This document shows positions 35,813-45,976 of a stretch of 64,000 bases of DNA, piece after piece. This DNA comes from Cyanophora paradoxa CCMP329. Its lineage: Eukaryota > Plantae > Glaucophyta. Position 1 is the stretch's first letter, and every line of letters begins with the position of its first letter. A program made the translations under genes and the position numbers. The notes under the pieces are model-generated. The model had not been told where the DNA came from, made no database searches, and was given only the letters and a program-made list of their open reading frames with translations. The stretch is from positions 24,313 through 88,312 of the forward strand of contig QPMI01000557.1 of NCBI GenBank assembly GCA_004431415.1, in the 5' to 3' direction.

Positions 35813-36861
35813 CTCTCTGTCGCGTTCGCCTTCTTCCTGACACACAGCTCGCTTTCCATGAGATTGACGTGCCCTGCAATGTTTCGATTGACAGTCCCGT
35901 TGCCCTCCCCGATGTGCTTGCGATCCGGCCCGCGGCCCGTGCGATCGACTTCATTCCCGTGCCTGCGCATGCGCTTAGCCTTGTTAAGAACGCTTGCAAG
36001 TTGTCCTCCATGCCCGCACTCGTCCGGTTCCTCATGAAGTCGTTGCAGCTTTCCGACCTTGCACTCCGTCCGCTGCCACCGTCGTCTTCCCGTACGTTTG
36101 CGTTCTACTCTGACCGCGAGAACATCAGCGATCGCTCAAAGGAAGAGCTGCGCCTCTCTAAGTCGGTTGCGTACAAGCTGCCTGCTGCCCCGTCGCGTTT
36201 CACGGTTCACGACGTGTACAAGTACCTCTCCTCCCACGCTTTCATGGCGCCGACGACCGCTGAGACTAAGTGGCGTGCTGATCTCTCTCCTAAGTTCCTC
36301 TGGCCGCCAGGCTACGATGCTCGCACCGATCGCTTCCCCTGGTTCAATACGGTTATCCCCGACCTGCGCTACGCTCTCACGCAGCGCGTCCTTGACGGCT
36401 ACTTTGCTCTGCGCTACAACACCCTCCGCACATCGTCCCGCATGGCTGCTATGGCTGCGCGTGATCTTCAGCGTCCCGCTTCGGCGAATTTGCTTGACAG
36501 TGAGCTTCTCTCTTCGCTATGTCCGGTCTGCCACCGGTACTGCAACGCACTGCACGTCTTTGCTCTTTGCCCCGTAGTGCAGCAGTTTTGGTCGCTTATC
36601 TTCCATGCCTGCAGCTCCAGCCGATGCCCATTCCTTCTGCACGATTCGTTGCCTGGCTGCTCACTGGCTCGGTCCGTTTCTCTGATACTTGGATGTTTTT
36701 GCAGAACTGGGAGTGGCAGGTTGTTCGGATTCTTGGTCTGCACGTCATTTTCCGCTCGTATTCTCTGGCCTATCGTACAGGTCGCTCTGAAGCTGCTGCT
36801 ACGTTTGCGATGGACCCTGACATACAGCTGCCCCTTACGCCTTCCTCCAAAACCGGTTTGA
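35608..36861 (+). CDS. LINE ORF2 part 3: zinc-binding (zf-RVT-like) region
   Basis: FTVHDVYKYL...KW...W and CPVCHRYCNALHVFALCPVVQQFW, typical of L1-clade ORF2 C-termini. Confidence 0.8.
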   Translation: MGFLWRTYLYVEPSYPEQLRDQLHALNNRLAQEVWRCGKTADWKHEPGGLAIGPFSKLAAERVSLQGVALCRVRLLPDTQLAFHEIDVPCNVSIDSPVALPDVLAIRPAARAIDFIPVPAHALSLVKNACKLSSMPALVRFLMKSLQLSDLALRPLPPSSSRTFAFYSDRENISDRSKEELRLSKSVAYKLPAAPSRFTVHDVYKYLSSHAFMAPTTAETKWRADLSPKFLWPPGYDARTDRFPWFNTVIPDLRYALTQRVLDGYFALRYNTLRTSSRMAAMAARDLQRPASANLLDSELLSSLCPVCHRYCNALHVFALCPVVQQFWSLIFHACSSSRCPFLLHDSLPGCSLARSVSLILGCFCRTGSGRLFGFLVCTSFSARILWPIVQVALKLLLRLRWTLTYSCPLRLPPKPV

Positions 36862-37919
36862 AGACGGCCACTCTGATGTCTGCCCTGTTTCGCGAGCTCG
36901 ACGATTTTATGGACATGCTTCCTCGCCGTTTACCTCGTTTCAAAGCTACTTACGTCCGTGGGGACTTCCGTTTCATCTCTACAGCTGACCCATCTCACTC
37001 TTCGTTTTGTTCTAACCTCTTGGACGCGGCTCGTGCTTATGACCATACCCTAGCCTCTTTTGAGCACTGCGAGCATATCACTCAGCCTGCCCCTAGCCCC
37101 GATTTAGCTCCTAGCTCCCTTGTTGCTCAGTTTGCCTATGCCAGTGCACGGCCTGTTCTATTGCAGCGGCTCGAAAAAGAGGATCTTGAAGGCTATGAAT
37201 CCTCCCCTGACACTGGATCAGACTCCTCAGAGCTTTCCGACCTGGGCCCTGATGAACCTGATGATTCTTCTACAAGCTCCTCTTCGGATGACGACGACCC
37301 TCCTGAGGCACCGGACCCTGCTCCTGCTCCTGACCCTCTACTTCCTCCGTCTCCTTCGCCCTCTCACACTCCCCCTCACCCCCCGCCGGACTTTGACACT
37401 GAGGACGAGCCGCCTCTTCGCCGTCGCCGTGTCGATGCTTTGGACCCTCCTGCGCCAGCTCCTGGCGTTCTCGATGATGATGCTGATGATCCCAGCTCGC
37501 CTCCGCTCTCTCCTCAAGTTATTATTGACCTCCTTGATCCCGAACTTGAAGCTTTATTTCTTTCTTCCCCTGAAATTGCTGCTGATATTACTGCGGATGC
37601 TCCCAATGTTGGGGGCCATTCGTCGTCTCTTCCTTCTTCCTCTGTTCCTATGGACACTGATCCTGTCTTGGCTCCTGATTTCAACCTGAAGCGCCGTCGA
37701 CCCTCTACCCCTGCTCCTCCTTGCCTCTCGGATGCCTATGGTTACCCAGACGGTACTATTGACCCATCTTTTCTTCCTTCCGTTAAACGTTTGCATCTTT
37801 CCTCTCCTGCTGACCTTTCAGTTCTCAGTGATGATTCGGGTTCTCCTGTGGTGCTCATTGACTATGATGCTGAAGCTGATGCCATGGACCTTCAATTTCT
37901 CTCCTCGACTGGGGTTTAA
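36519..37919 (+). CDS. LINE ORF2 part 4: acidic, Pro/Ser-rich C-terminal extension
   Basis: Long open frame in -1 relative to part 3; D/S/P-rich, with basic patches LRRRR and KRRRP. Confidence 0.6.
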   Translation: MSGLPPVLQRTARLCSLPRSAAVLVAYLPCLQLQPMPIPSARFVAWLLTGSVRFSDTWMFLQNWEWQVVRILGLHVIFRSYSLAYRTGRSEAAATFAMDPDIQLPLTPSSKTGLKTATLMSALFRELDDFMDMLPRRLPRFKATYVRGDFRFISTADPSHSSFCSNLLDAARAYDHTLASFEHCEHITQPAPSPDLAPSSLVAQFAYASARPVLLQRLEKEDLEGYESSPDTGSDSSELSDLGPDEPDDSSTSSSSDDDDPPEAPDPAPAPDPLLPPSPSPSHTPPHPPPDFDTEDEPPLRRRRVDALDPPAPAPGVLDDDADDPSSPPLSPQVIIDLLDPELEALFLSSPEIAADITADAPNVGGHSSSLPSSSVPMDTDPVLAPDFNLKRRRPSTPAPPCLSDAYGYPDGTIDPSFLPSVKRLHLSSPADLSVLSDDSGSPVVLIDYDAEADAMDLQFLSSTGV

Positions 37920-38195
37920 AGCTCTAAACAGGATCGGGAATACCCCAGGCCGGCATTAGGAAGAGGCCCGCATTGGGATTTCGCCGATTGTTTTCCAGGT
38001 TTGCGTGTATGAGCGCCGGACCGCCGGGGCATACATGGTGAACTGTATAGGCGCCCGTCTGCGCCGCCACTACCCTTGTCTGGTTGGTTCACTGTCGATT
38101 GTGCTTCGGGCCTTCGGGTCCTTCGCCTTTCGTCAAAACCGCACAACCGGCTTGGGCGTGTCTTATACATACTCTTCTTCTTCTGGAAACGTACC

Positions 38196-40827
38196 GAAAC
38201 TCCCATTCAATGGCAAAGCCCTGACCATGAATAAGATCTACTGTCCGATTTCACCAGAAGACAACTGTGTGCTTGAGTGTTTTGAATATGTGAAGCTAAA
38301 CCCTGGAAGAATAAGCCTTGATCGAATTTACAAGCAACTTCAGAGACTGGACTACGGAGGGATTAGAACACAGCTAGGACTGCGGCGAGGAATGATATCA
38401 GTTGATGTGCCAACGATTAATAAGCTGAGCGCTTTTTACAGAGTAGACACGAGTGTTTTTGAGTTTTCGCAAGGAAAATTTAAGCCGCTTTTTGCAACCG
38501 ATCTAGGATTTGAAAAGCGTGCTCACCTTTGTATTGTCGAGGCGCACTGCTACCTGATTAAGGATAAAAGAACAACTGAAATGGAGAAGTGCAGTGCCTG
38601 CGGGAAAATGCAGTTCGAACTGGAAAGACACAAGCTAACCTGTCAGTTTTGTGCTAGATGTCGTTGCGCCTACAATCCAATTGAAGATCACACAAACAAA
38701 TGCGTTGCCGCCATCAGAAACAAAGGTGTTATTGGAAGAAAGATTACCCCTTGCGAAAAGGAGAGTGAATTTACAGCGATGGATAGCGTGATAGGGGCAG
38801 ACTTTGAAACATTTCCTTGTGATGGCAAGACCCACGTTCCATATGCAGTTGACACAGACATAATTTCCAAGGGCGAAATTGTAGGAACCAAGATGTTTTA
38901 CGGTCCTGAAACATTAAATGAATTCATGCTATGGCTGGATGGATGGACAGAGAAGACCACAGTAGTATTTTACAACGGTGCGGGGTTTGATCTGATATTC
39001 ATATACCGATGGCTGATTGAGAATAGGCCAGACAGCCAGGTGAACGTCATGCGTTCCTCGGGAAAGATTAAGAGCATGAAATGGAAGACGACAGCAGGAG
39101 GAGAGTTGACGAGTTTTGACCCATGCCTACATATTCAAGGTTCACTAAAACAGGCTGGAAAGGACTACGGCTGCACGACAATCAAAGGAGACTTTGACCA
39201 TCGCAAGATCAAGACGTGGGCAGACGTTGAGACATACAAGGAGGAATGGGGAGAATATCTAAGAGCCGATGTGCGATCAATGACGGAGTTATACATGAAA
39301 TATTCGAGTACGAGCTTTGAGCTATTCGGAATAAATGTGAATTCCAAACAAACACTTACAGCCTCATCAATGGCGTTTCAGATTTACCGGCAGCTGATGA
39401 AGACAGAGCTGCAACTTCCAAAATACAGCGAAGATCAGATTTTTCGCAGAGCAATTTACGGAGGTCGCTGTTTACCATTCAAACGCAAGTTTGTCTCGAA
39501 GGGACCAGATGATTACTTGGTAGATCTGGATGTGGTCTCTCTATATCCGACCGCGATGTACTTTAACCAGTTTCCTACAGGTAAATTTAAGCTAATCAAT
39601 GAACCGGAGGCTTTGGAGCGTTTTAGAAAGTTTATGCTTAGCAGAAAAATGGAGCAACTGTTCATTGCGAGCATCAGTGCGAAAATTCCTCAAGATCTTG
39701 TGCTTTCTCCGCTCCCTCGTCACGAGTCGAATTTGGGCTGGTCGAACCTGAAACCGATCGAGCGCGAGATGTATACATCGGTTGATATCTACAGGGCGAT
39801 AGCGCTTGGGGTCGAAATAACAGAGGTTCATGAGGTGTATTTATTTGAAGGAAAGGAGAGAATGTTTAAAGATTATATCGAGAAGTTATACTGTATGAAA
39901 GCACGATCAAGGAAGGGCACAGCTCAATACGCAACAGCAAAGATTCAATTAAATGGTCTTTACGGAAAATTTGCCCAGAGACCTGTGATCGAAACAACAG
40001 AGCTAGTTTCTAATTACCGCCGATTTAAGGAGCTACAGCGGACATCTACGATTACAGACATCGAAATTGAGAGTGAAACACGGATGTATGTGACATATGA
40101 AGTACCTGAGAGCAAACGTGATGCTTGTGTGTCGAAGCCATGTTTTATTGGAGCATTTATTCTGTCCTACAGTCGCGAGATAATGGACAGGTTCCTAGTA
40201 AAAATGAACTCTTATAAAGATATCGAAGCCATGCCGTTTTACACAGACACAGACTCGCTAGTGGTGCACAGGAAATTTGCAGAGTTGGTGAGTGATTGCA
40301 TGAAGCGACCTTACTCTGTGGAGGGGATGTCAGAAGAGGAGGCAAACAGGGCGATATGCGAGAACGAGCTGGGAAAACTAGATTACGATATCCAGGGGCA
40401 CATCGTGGAGGCGTATTTCGTTGGACCCAAGGTGTACAGTTGTCGGTACGTGAAAGCGAACGGTGAATCGGACGTGCATGTGCGTGCCAAAGGAATACCA
40501 AAAAGCTGGATCGAGGAGAACTGGCTTTCGAGTAATCCGGAGATGAGGAAGGGGCACCTCGAATCTCGGGTTGCTTTGGAAGCGTTCAAGCAAATGCTTG
40601 AGAGCCGGTATCAGCCGGAGTGCAAAATAGAGTCTAAACTATCTCGTGTCTTCAAACCGAATGGAAAGCAACGCGAGGAGGGGATAGGTTTTAGTTCAAT
40701 CATTCAGATTCCATTCAGCAGAGTATTAAATAAGACGGAATACACAAAGCGAAAGATAATTTCGGATGACTATTACAGCACAGTTCCTCATGAGTACATC
40801 AGCCAAAATTCAGGAGACATACTATGA
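38196..40827 (+). CDS. polB: C-terminal part of viral protein-primed DNA polymerase B (exonuclease and polymerase domains)
   Basis: ExoI ADFET, ExoII FYNGAGFDL, ExoIII YLRADV, YGGR, motif A DVVSLYP, motif B KIQLNGLYGKF, motif C YTDTDS, GPKVY; Cys/His cluster upstream. Confidence 0.96.
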
Positions 40828-41926
40828 TCCAGAAACAGGGCTTCAGTCGGCCACACGTATTGCAAAGAAGTTGAAAATACCAGTTTCCAGGGTTAGAGAA
40901 GTGCTGGAGAAATTATCGACAGCGCAAAGATTTGCGAGGCCGCAGAAAGAGAAACCATTCACAAGTATAACATACGACAAAGCAGAGAAATACTACGAAG
41001 TAGATCTAATCGACGTGACTCCATACGCCAAAACAAACCGCGGCATTCACTTTATAATGAACGGAATAGATGTGACGACGCGCAAAGCGTATAGCATACC
41101 TATGAAGACGAAATCGGAAAGCACTCTGCTAGCCAGTTTGAAGAAATTGATTGATGAACTGCCCTCGAAGCCGGACGTCATTCAGACAGATCAGGAGTTT
41201 AAGGGAACCGCAGCAGCAATGCTGGCGAGTATGGGAATCAAGCATAATGCAGTGGAGGCGCATCGCCCGCAAGCAAACGGCAAAATAGAAAGATTTAATG
41301 GTACGCTTAAGCGCATCATTGCGAAGTACATGGATGCGTACGACACGGACAGATATATTGAAAAGCTGCCTGCTTTTGTGCGCAACTATAATTCGGCAGA
41401 ACATAGGTCAATTGGTACATCGCCAAACGCTGCAGCAGAGAATCCGAAGGAAACTATTGCACGCAACGACTACCAGAGAGAAGTGTACGAGCAGCAACAC
41501 TACCTGAAGGAGGACGAATTTAAAGTAGGCGATAGCGTGCGGGTGCAGCTAGAGAAAAAACGTTTCGACAAATCTTCAAAGCCGACGTATTCAAAAGAAA
41601 TCTATACGATTATGGAGATAGGTGGCTTTGGACCGCTGCTCAAATTTACGCTTTCGGGCTACAACAAAGCGGTGAACTACCAGCAACTTTTAAAGGTCCC
41701 AGTAGATTCAGAGGAACGTCGTGCGGGAAATGCAGCACAGAGAGCAATGCAACGACGAAAGAAGGAGCTAAATCTGATGCGAGAGAACTTAGATCGAGTG
41801 GACATAGAAAAAAATAAGAGGCTGCTTCGCCTTCAAAAGCAACTTGCGACAGCTGGAACTGACAAGTTAAATCCTGGTGGAATATTAGAAAGAACAAAGA
41901 CCAGAAGGTACATCAAAGGGCTATAA
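40790..41926 (+). CDS. int: Retroviral-type (rve, DDE) integrase of Polinton type
   Basis: YYDP N-terminus, EVDLID (D), IDVTTRKAY, QTDQEF (D), NGKIERFNGTLKR (E), YNSAEHRSIGTSP, FKVGDSVR, FDKS...YSKEIYTI. Confidence 0.95.
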   Translation: MSTSAKIQETYYDPETGLQSATRIAKKLKIPVSRVREVLEKLSTAQRFARPQKEKPFTSITYDKAEKYYEVDLIDVTPYAKTNRGIHFIMNGIDVTTRKAYSIPMKTKSESTLLASLKKLIDELPSKPDVIQTDQEFKGTAAAMLASMGIKHNAVEAHRPQANGKIERFNGTLKRIIAKYMDAYDTDRYIEKLPAFVRNYNSAEHRSIGTSPNAAAENPKETIARNDYQREVYEQQHYLKEDEFKVGDSVRVQLEKKRFDKSSKPTYSKEIYTIMEIGGFGPLLKFTLSGYNKAVNYQQLLKVPVDSEERRAGNAAQRAMQRRKKELNLMRENLDRVDIEKNKRLLRLQKQLATAGTDKLNPGGILERTKTRRYIKGL

Positions 41927-42188
41927 CAACACATTGTTGGAGGGACTCTAGAAACGCTAACTTTTCGTAAATTCGACTGCGATAGCGACGATTTGCCTCT
42001 AGATGATTCTCGCTGTTGTTCTGCTGGTACCTCGAGCTGGCTTCTATGTGTCGTCTGCGAAATTCTGGATCTTCATTGTAACGACGGCGATGGTATTCTG
42101 CACGCTTTGCTTTTCGTGCAGCAGCGATTTCAGGGGTTACAACAATTGGTTTGCGACCACGCTGTTTAGTTGATGATTCAACATCCAT
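41913..42188 (-). CDS. Small basic viral hypothetical protein
   Basis: 91-aa ATG ORF with RGRKP and EYHRRRYNEDPEFRRR; converges on and overlaps the integrase stop. Confidence 0.6.
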   Translation of the reverse strand: MDVESSTKQRGRKPIVVTPEIAAARKAKRAEYHRRRYNEDPEFRRRHIEASSRYQQNNSENHLEANRRYRSRIYEKLAFLESLQQCVVIAL

Positions 42189-42297
42189 GTTTGCGGGTTT
42201 TTCGTCACAAACAATGTGCGAAATCTTTTTATGGCATAAATCGCAGGTTTGTGTTGCGTTAAAAATCGAACATAAAATCCGAGATATAATTCAAAGA

Positions 42298-42582
42298 ATG
42301 GAAGCAGACAAGCAGCGTCGCTGCGCCGCAGGAACAATTCGATTTGGGAAGTACCGCGGTGAAACTCATTTGAAGGTTGTTTTAACCGATCCAAAATATG
42401 CCGAATGGTTATTATCTTGGGAACATCTCCGTGAGTACGATAAAAGGCAGTTGCAGCGTGCTTTTGAGATTTGTCAATCGAATGATCTAGCAACAGTCAA
42501 CGGGATGCTTGAACATGTAGAGCGAGAGAGGAAACCAACTGTAGAGGATCTTACAGATTTGCCTGATTTTGACATGCCTTAA
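42298..42582 (+). CDS. Small protein with FGKYxG...DPxYxxWL motif (exonuclease X C-terminal/DUF3820-like domain); start may be further upstream
   Basis: IRFGKYRGETHLKVVLTDPKYAEWLL. Confidence 0.65.
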   Translation: MEADKQRRCAAGTIRFGKYRGETHLKVVLTDPKYAEWLLSWEHLREYDKRQLQRAFEICQSNDLATVNGMLEHVERERKPTVEDLTDLPDFDMP

Positions 42583-42626
42583 AGAGATCGCAATCTCAGA
42601 TTGTAAAGTCGCAGACAAGCCGCCAG

Positions 42627-43148
42627 ATGGAGGTCACTATTCCTGAAGGCGCTGTAGCAATCCCGATTGGTGGTATCCGGAATCATCGTCGAGTAATTGT
42701 AGCTTATGCATTAGTCAGTCAAGACGATTCTCAACGTGTTCTTGGATACCGCTGGAGTTTAAATAAATATGGATATGCCAGAACCATGATCAATGGAAAG
42801 ACCGTGTATTTGCACAACTACATCAGCGGCAACTTGGAGAACGGATTGACTGTTGATCACATAAATCTGAACAAACTTGATAATCGTCGCGAGAACCTGC
42901 GACTGGCAACAAAGCGGCAGCAGAATTTGAACCAAAACCGACGGGTCACAAACACATCAGGATTTATTGGAGTTAGCTTACATCAGCAGATTGGTAAATG
43001 GGAGGCGCGATATCGGATAAATGGTCGCAAAAAGCACATCGGTTACTTTACCACTGCTGAGGCAGCAGCTCGTGCCAGAGACACCTTTGCCCTTCAGCAT
43101 ACTTCCGAATCTGATCGTCCATTTCTGCGTCTAAATTTTACAACCTAA
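42627..43148 (+). CDS. HNH homing-type endonuclease with C-terminal AP2 DNA-binding domain
   Basis: VYLHNYI...TVDHINLNKLDNRRENLRLAT..QNLN; NTSGFIGVS...GKWEARYRINGRKKHIGYFTTAEAAARARD. Confidence 0.92.
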   Translation: MEVTIPEGAVAIPIGGIRNHRRVIVAYALVSQDDSQRVLGYRWSLNKYGYARTMINGKTVYLHNYISGNLENGLTVDHINLNKLDNRRENLRLATKRQQNLNQNRRVTNTSGFIGVSLHQQIGKWEARYRINGRKKHIGYFTTAEAAARARDTFALQHTSESDRPFLRLNFTT

Positions 43149-43766
43149 TCCTTCTCCCTCCATCGCATTCTTCAGTTGCGACCCAGTAGCATTTGGCTCA
43201 GAAACATTGGGAGTTGCTGGTTTAACCTCGGCAGAGTCAAGCGATTGCTCGGCTTTAGCTTTTTCGTTTTTCAGATACCGCAAATCCGGCATGTCAACAG
43301 GTCTATGTTTAAACATCTCGCTACGAAGCATCTCCCTAATTTTCGAACGTTCTTTTTTCTCTTTTACGTAGCTCTCGATATTAGCTGATCGAGCCTCAAG
43401 ATCTCGCAATTTAGCTGTTAGTTCCTCGATCTGACTCTTTGATACTGTTGCTGTCTTGATTTTTGGCCCTGAATAACGTGGTTCAGACGCCATTGCTTGG
43501 ATAATTCTAGCAGCATCATCATCAATATCGGACTGCATTTCAGTAACAGTTTTAGCCTGGCTTTGTCGATCGTCAACCGCACTTGCGTTAGCTGCTGCCG
43601 AGGCGATCGTTTTCGCTACAGGGGCATTTAATTGGGGGTTACTTGCGAGTTCCCCGCTAGGATTAGCAACAGCTGCGCCTTCAGTCGACCCACTTTCAAC
43701 TAGTGGTTCAACAACATTGACCTTGCGTCTTTCACGATATCCCTTTTTAGGAACGCCTCTTGCCAT
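43131..43766 (-). CDS. Viral hypothetical protein (basic N-terminus, predicted coiled coil)
   Basis: 211-aa ATG ORF co-directional with ATPase and MCP, preceded by an AT-rich spacer. Confidence 0.7.
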   Translation of the reverse strand: MARGVPKKGYRERRKVNVVEPLVESGSTEGAAVANPSGELASNPQLNAPVAKTIASAAANASAVDDRQSQAKTVTEMQSDIDDDAARIIQAMASEPRYSGPKIKTATVSKSQIEELTAKLRDLEARSANIESYVKEKKERSKIREMLRSEMFKHRPVDMPDLRYLKNEKAKAEQSLDSAEVKPATPNVSEPNATGSQLKNAMEGEGLGCKI

Positions 43767-43775
43767 CTTATTTTA

Positions 43776-44522
43776 TTAAGATAAGATTTTAAATCGCCTC
43801 TTTTTGGGATGAACAGGCGAAGACTCTTCTTTTTTAGACTCTTCTTCTTGTTTTAGCCATTTAGAGAAACGAAAACTCTTATCTTCAACCGCTTTATCGA
43901 TATACCAGGCAGTATCATACTTCGTTCCATCAAGTACTAGACACTGATAATCATGCGCCCAAGTTTCGAACAAGGCTAAGAACTCATCCTTTGGGAGATG
44001 TGAAAACTCTCTATAAATTGTCTCCAGTTCGGTGTGATTAGAGTAACTGAAGAAAAAACAATAGTCAGAGTTCGATCTTATAGATTGACTTAATGCTGTT
44101 AGTTTTTGGGTCATAAGAATCGTACTTATATTAAAATGTCGGCCCTGCGTAAAAAGTCGATTTACAGCCTTGCTATTTCGCAGATCCACTGTTTCAGAGG
44201 CGGCAACAAGATCGTCCAAGACTAGCAATATCTGCGGCGCTTTCTTTTTGTTTTCAATCAAATTGCGCTGTGAATCAATGATTTCTGCAACGATAGATGG
44301 CTGAAAATCGTCGTAAAGCTCTTTAGTTATTGCAGAATACTCGCCGTTGAATTTGGTGGCGGTAAACACAACGACTCGATTAATCTTTGGATATAACAGT
44401 CTAAGTAAATGCTTTGTGCAATAGAAAGACTTGCCGCTATTGGACTTCGATATAAATAGGGCTTTGAATGGTACCCTCATATCGCTAGGCTGGAACTGTG
44501 CGAGCTCGTCTGACCCATCCAT
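43776..44522 (-). CDS. A32-like (FtsK/HerA superfamily) DNA packaging ATPase
   Basis: Walker A variant ISKSNSGKS, Walker B LLVLDD, QGRHFNIS, LMTQ, IRSNSDY. Confidence 0.93.
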   Translation of the reverse strand: MDGSDELAQFQPSDMRVPFKALFISKSNSGKSFYCTKHLLRLLYPKINRVVVFTATKFNGEYSAITKELYDDFQPSIVAEIIDSQRNLIENKKKAPQILLVLDDLVAASETVDLRNSKAVNRLFTQGRHFNISTILMTQKLTALSQSIRSNSDYCFFFSYSNHTELETIYREFSHLPKDEFLALFETWAHDYQCLVLDGTKYDTAWYIDKAVEDKSFRFSKWLKQEEESKKEESSPVHPKKRRFKILS

Positions 44523-44542
44523 CAAAAAGATAGTCGGTGAAA

Positions 44543-45931
44543 TTAGAGGTTCACCTTACGAAGACCCGCAGCATCAACAATTAGTACAGTGTGAAGGAGA
44601 GCTCGAACCTGGACGTAAATCTTGTTGTTTGCATCGTATGCAGCAGGGTTCATGATATTCAGGAAGCAGCTGCTGGAGTTCGTCAGATCTACGAAACCAG
44701 TTTGAGCAGCATTTCGAATCGATTTATCCCCACTAATGCAAAATGGCAATCCAGTCAGCACGTACCTATTCAAAGGTGCATCTAGATTGGAGCACTTGAA
44801 GACATCAGCGATGAGTTCGGCACCTTGCAGGAGAGGAACGGGCTCATTTGAATAAAGTCTCTGGCCATTCAATTCGCAGGAAATAGTAATATCGCGAGCA
44901 TTAGCCTCGGTTTTGAGGACACTGTGTTTTCCATCAGTTTGGTTCATGTTTGGCTGCTTGCGAATGCTAACGAACAGGCCGTAGCAAAGTCCACTGATTT
45001 GAGACAGATTAATCCGGGTGGGCGCTCCCGCACCAGCATAAGTAATTGAATCAGCATCAACCCAGCCGACATCGGTAGCGGGAATTGCGATTCCAGACGT
45101 TTTGACTTTCTCAATCACCTGGGCAAAAGTGGCCTCATCAACGTTGATACAATGAGCAATAATCTTTGGATTAGAAAGCTCCGGATTGGCAGGGGTGACA
45201 CTGAGAACATTGGGAGTTATATTCTGGCCGATGTTTGCAGGGGAAGCAGCAGCGGCTCCAACACTACCAAGGCCATCTTCTTTAGTGGCATCACCGCCGA
45301 TGGCATATTCTGTTACAAACCTACCACCATAGCTGGTTTCAACAAAGCCCTGGGCACGATCACGGAACCAAACCTCGACAGACACCTCGCCAGAAAGAGC
45401 ACCAATTGGGAGCACAGAACCCTCCCAGGGACATGGGATTTTTACACTGAAAATACCTCCAGTGCGATTGCTCCCCTGAGGTGGCGTTCCATGGAGCCAG
45501 CCACCAGAGCGGTATTTCTTTTTGAGCTGTGCATCATCATTGAAAATCAGAGCGCTGTGAACAAGCCAGTCCTCGGGGACAATGTAGCTGTAGGAAGCAT
45601 ATTTGATTTCAATTCGCTTTACAAGAGCACCAACAGACCGCAGATAACCAGTGCGAACCAGGTCAGTGTCACCAGTAAAAGCGGTCAACTCGGGCAGGGT
45701 AAACTGGAGTTCGAGCCCCTGAAGGAAGTTGTATCTGGGAAGGAAGTAGGTGACTCGTTTACCGAAGCAGTCTCCATAGTCATTGCTTGGGTTGACAACA
45801 ACACGAACAGGCTTGGTTTGGCTCGTTAGACCCAACATAAGCTCATTGTTCATAAAGAAGTCCTTCGCTTCCTGCGGAGTTGTCAGGAGCTCTTTGAGGC
45901 CGAGCCGCTGCAAATTTTGAGTGACATCCAT
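44543..45931 (-). CDS. Major capsid protein (probable double jelly-roll)
   Basis: 462 aa, between ATPase and minor capsid gene; FGKRVTYFLPR...LELQFTLPEL, VKRIEIKY, LPIGAL..EVSVEVWF, GFVDLT resemble Polinton-like/NCLDV MCP motifs. Confidence 0.82.
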   Translation of the reverse strand: MDVTQNLQRLGLKELLTTPQEAKDFFMNNELMLGLTSQTKPVRVVVNPSNDYGDCFGKRVTYFLPRYNFLQGLELQFTLPELTAFTGDTDLVRTGYLRSVGALVKRIEIKYASYSYIVPEDWLVHSALIFNDDAQLKKKYRSGGWLHGTPPQGSNRTGGIFSVKIPCPWEGSVLPIGALSGEVSVEVWFRDRAQGFVETSYGGRFVTEYAIGGDATKEDGLGSVGAAAASPANIGQNITPNVLSVTPANPELSNPKIIAHCINVDEATFAQVIEKVKTSGIAIPATDVGWVDADSITYAGAGAPTRINLSQISGLCYGLFVSIRKQPNMNQTDGKHSVLKTEANARDITISCELNGQRLYSNEPVPLLQGAELIADVFKCSNLDAPLNRYVLTGLPFCISGDKSIRNAAQTGFVDLTNSSSCFLNIMNPAAYDANNKIYVQVRALLHTVLIVDAAGLRKVNL

Positions 45932-45976
45932 CGAATTATATAATTGCTGTGAAAGAAAATAATTCTGCCGCTTAGC

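Larger units (their letters stand above)
31726..38183 (+). mobile_element. Non-LTR retrotransposon (L1/Tx1-like LINE), 6,458 bp
   Basis: 12-bp TSD TGGAAACGTACC (31714-31725, 38184-38195); 3' tail ctcttcttcttc; APE + RT + zinc-binding ORFs; composition differs from both virus and host. Confidence 0.95.

Noticed and set aside
32286-37919. RT as a DGR, retron, group II intron or Ngaro element linked to the fibre gene
   Set aside because: APE domain, 12-bp TSD and simple-repeat tail mark it as a LINE; no template/variable repeat pair, tyrosine recombinase or split direct repeats were seen.
38005-38195. Native polB start at 38005
   Set aside because: This stretch is LINE 3' UTR plus TSD; the native N-terminus is at 31031.
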